Virus record (IMG/VR): IMGVR_UViG_3300032288_003949
Span: 1-64,000 of that record
Strand: one strand, 5' to 3'
DNA length: 64,000 nucleotides
Origin: a virus
In this document: piece after piece, positions 62,295-64,000 of the stretch
Layout: each line of letters begins with the position of its first letter
Numbering within the stretch: the stretch's first letter is position 1
Translations under genes and position numbers: made by a program
The notes under the pieces: model-generated
Databases searched by the model: none
The model's input: only the letters and a program-made list of their open reading frames with translations
What the model was told of the DNA's origin: nothing

Positions 62295-62929
62295 TCAGCT
62301 TGCTCCAGCAGGCTGATAATGGCAAGCGCTCGGCTCTCGGCTCCGGCTTCGATCTGGGTCTGGATTGCCTGTTCGACCATCTCCGCTTCGCCTGCGGTGA
62401 ATTTCCATGTCAACACTTCGGGCGCGTTCTGGGCTTCGTGCATCATCGATGCGGCGAGCCGTTCGTCGACATCTTCGCCAGCGTTTTCGACGGCTCTGGC
62501 GCTCTCGTATTCAGCTTCGTCCATACCGAGCCGTTCTCTGAGCTCGGTTTCGTCCATCTGCTCAGCGAGCTTGGCCAGCACCTTGGCGAGCCTGACTGGG
62601 ACGAATTCGCCGCGCAGTCGGTTCATCGTCAGGAGTCGCAGGCGGGCATCGTCTTCTCCTGCGTCGTCAATCACGCATGGGACGGTTTCTGCATCCGCGT
62701 CGCGCAGCACCTTCCATCGGTGTTCGCCATCGATGATTCGGTAGCGGCCTTCATGTGGTCGCACCAGCACGGGCTGAACAAAGCCACGCTGCAGGATGTC
62801 GGCTCGGAGCGCGTCCAGCAATTCGTCGTTGACGGTGTTCGGGTTCGCTGGATCCGGCTCGATGTCTTTCGTCGGCAGGTCGACCACTTCGACCGACGAT
62901 CTCCGCATGGATTCGATGCTCTCCGACAT
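62291..62929 (-). CDS. ParB/Srx N-terminal domain protein (paralog)
   Basis: same motifs as 60691..61311; start ATG 62929, 7 nt after TAACAT. Confidence 0.88.
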   Translation of the reverse strand: MSESIESMRRSSVEVVDLPTKDIEPDPANPNTVNDELLDALRADILQRGFVQPVLVRPHEGRYRIIDGEHRWKVLRDADAETVPCVIDDAGEDDARLRLLTMNRLRGEFVPVRLAKVLAKLAEQMDETELRERLGMDEAEYESARAVENAGEDVDERLAASMMHEAQNAPEVLTWKFTAGEAEMVEQAIQTQIEAGAESRALAIISLLEQAE

Positions 62930-63003
62930 TCTCTGGATGTTAGCGCGTCGTCTTTCGGCAAAAGCGAAGGGCGCTTTCGCGCCCGTCGCGGGTGCTGCTG
63001 CGG

Positions 63004-63255
63004 CTAGATGGTTTCTAGCTGCTGGGCGGCTGCGAGGTATTCGGCTTCCCACATTCCGATGCCGAGGCCGCTCCACTGGATCTCGTTGCGCTCCAGTCCG
63101 TCGATGCTCTCGTCCAGCCTGACCGACACGAGGCCGTAGTCGGTGTCGTGGTCGACAACCGTGCCTTCGGCTCCGGCTGGCGCGTCTGCCACATCGCGCT
63201 GCACTTCTTCTGTGAGCCTGACGCGGGTGCCTACTGTGATTTCGCTCATTTCCAT
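63004..63255 (-). CDS. hypothetical SH3-like protein
   Basis: VGTRVRL..G.EGTVV..V.LDE; SD AAGGAG. Confidence 0.6.
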   Translation of the reverse strand: MEMSEITVGTRVRLTEEVQRDVADAPAGAEGTVVDHDTDYGLVSVRLDESIDGLERNEIQWSGLGIGMWEAEYLAAAQQLETI

Positions 63256-63360
63256 GGTGTTCTCCTTCTCTCTTGGGTTGCTCCAAGAGCATACCACATC
63301 GCGCTACATTTCGTCGCTCGTCTATGCTACAGTGGTTGAGCAATCAACGAGAGGAGAATC

Positions 63361-63570
63361 ATGAGGGACGATGGTGGATTCAACCGCGACGAGGTGATCA
63401 GCACCAACCTGCGGCTCACCCAAGCGCAGGCCGAGGTCTTGGTCACGGCGCTCCGCCGCCACGAGCACACTTGCCGCGAGCTTTACACGGCGGACGGCGA
63501 TGACGAGGCTGAGGTGGCTGGCGGGATTCTGGCCTTCGTGTATGCCGCTCGCGAGGGCTACGGCTGCTAG
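63361..63570 (+). CDS. hypothetical protein
   Basis: promoter and SD GAGGAG. Confidence 0.6.
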   Translation: MRDDGGFNRDEVISTNLRLTQAQAEVLVTALRRHEHTCRELYTADGDDEAEVAGGILAFVYAAREGYGC

Positions 63571-63704
63571 GTAGCCACCTTTTCGCTTCACTTTCGGGTC
63601 GCCTTCGGGCGGCCCGTTTGCGTTGGAGGAAAGAAGCCCGCGCCAAGTGAAGGGAGTCTCGGCACGGGCTTCTGTCTGGTCGACTCTAACAGGCCGTCAG
63701 GCGG

Positions 63705-64000
63705 TCAGCCGCTGCATCCCCATCCCCAGCCGACGCTGTTCCACAGGTTCTGGGCCACGCGCATCTGCTCGCGCCACGGCGCATCTCCTGCGTTGTCGTG
63801 CTTTGAGATGTAGCGACCGTTTGCCTTGCGGCGGAATGCATCCCAGCTCGTCGTGTAGAAACCGAGGCCACCTTCGTAGGTCGGGCCTTGGACTCGCCAA
63901 TTGACTCCGCCGTAGCCGCTTCCAGGCTGCTCGCATCGGCCTACCCGAAGCCACACATCGTGGTTCGGGGGCAGGAGCATGCGGTGCGCCTTCTTCCACT
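63705..64000 (-). CDS. Rpf-like (resuscitation-promoting factor) lytic transglycosylase, 5' end beyond the window
   Basis: W.RVGRCE..G.NW...YEGGLGF...W...A....EQM.VA......GW..C; frame stays open to the window edge. Confidence 0.75.
   Translation of the reverse strand, partial: WKKAHRMLLPPNHDVWLRVGRCEQPGSGYGGVNWRVQGPTYEGGLGFYTTSWDAFRRKANGRYISKHDNAGDAPWREQMRVAQNLWNSVGWGWGCSG

Noticed and set aside
60691-62929. ParABS partition system
   Set aside because: No ParA and no evident parS; the ParB proteins are coupled to an MTase.
1-64000. Diversity-generating retroelement, retron or integrase-based shufflon
   Set aside because: No reverse transcriptase or recombinase ORF was recognised in this window.

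Overview
This window is 64 kb of a GC-rich tailed-phage (Caudoviricetes) genome. Its host is probably an actinobacterium, given an mIHF homolog, an Rpf-like transglycosylase and leaderless genes; Thermoleophilia/Solirubrobacterales is only a guess from one secreted protein. The head and packaging module lies on the minus strand and is spread over about 57 kb: candidate TerS, TerL, a decoration paralog, portal, MuF, two more giant proteins, protease/scaffold, decoration protein and major capsid protein. Islands of small genes interrupt it, mostly on the opposite strand, each with its own promoter. The most striking feature is a set of three giant head-module proteins (3786, 2659 and 1781 aa; about 24.7 kb). 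Their unrelated modules are joined by a recurrent (G)M-x-S-P linker, about 39 copies by hand count. The modules include ADP-ribosyltransferase-like, kinase-like, zincin and peptidoglycan-binding domains. A second [LM]-x-E-[AS] motif punctuates the head proteins. Together these suggest a virion-delivered effector polyprotein system with two cleavage codes, possibly shuffled by recombination at the linker DNA. Other elements: a two-class promoter architecture (leaderless structural genes versus extended -10 promoters with a GCTA-N7-T[AC]GC palindrome and strong SD), Ku plus ligase, an atypical initiator-like tRNA(CAU), a ParB-MTase-ParB operon, candidate ncRNAs, and apparent avoidance of ACGT and CCSGG. 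All family assignments come from motif recognition by eye; no database search was run.
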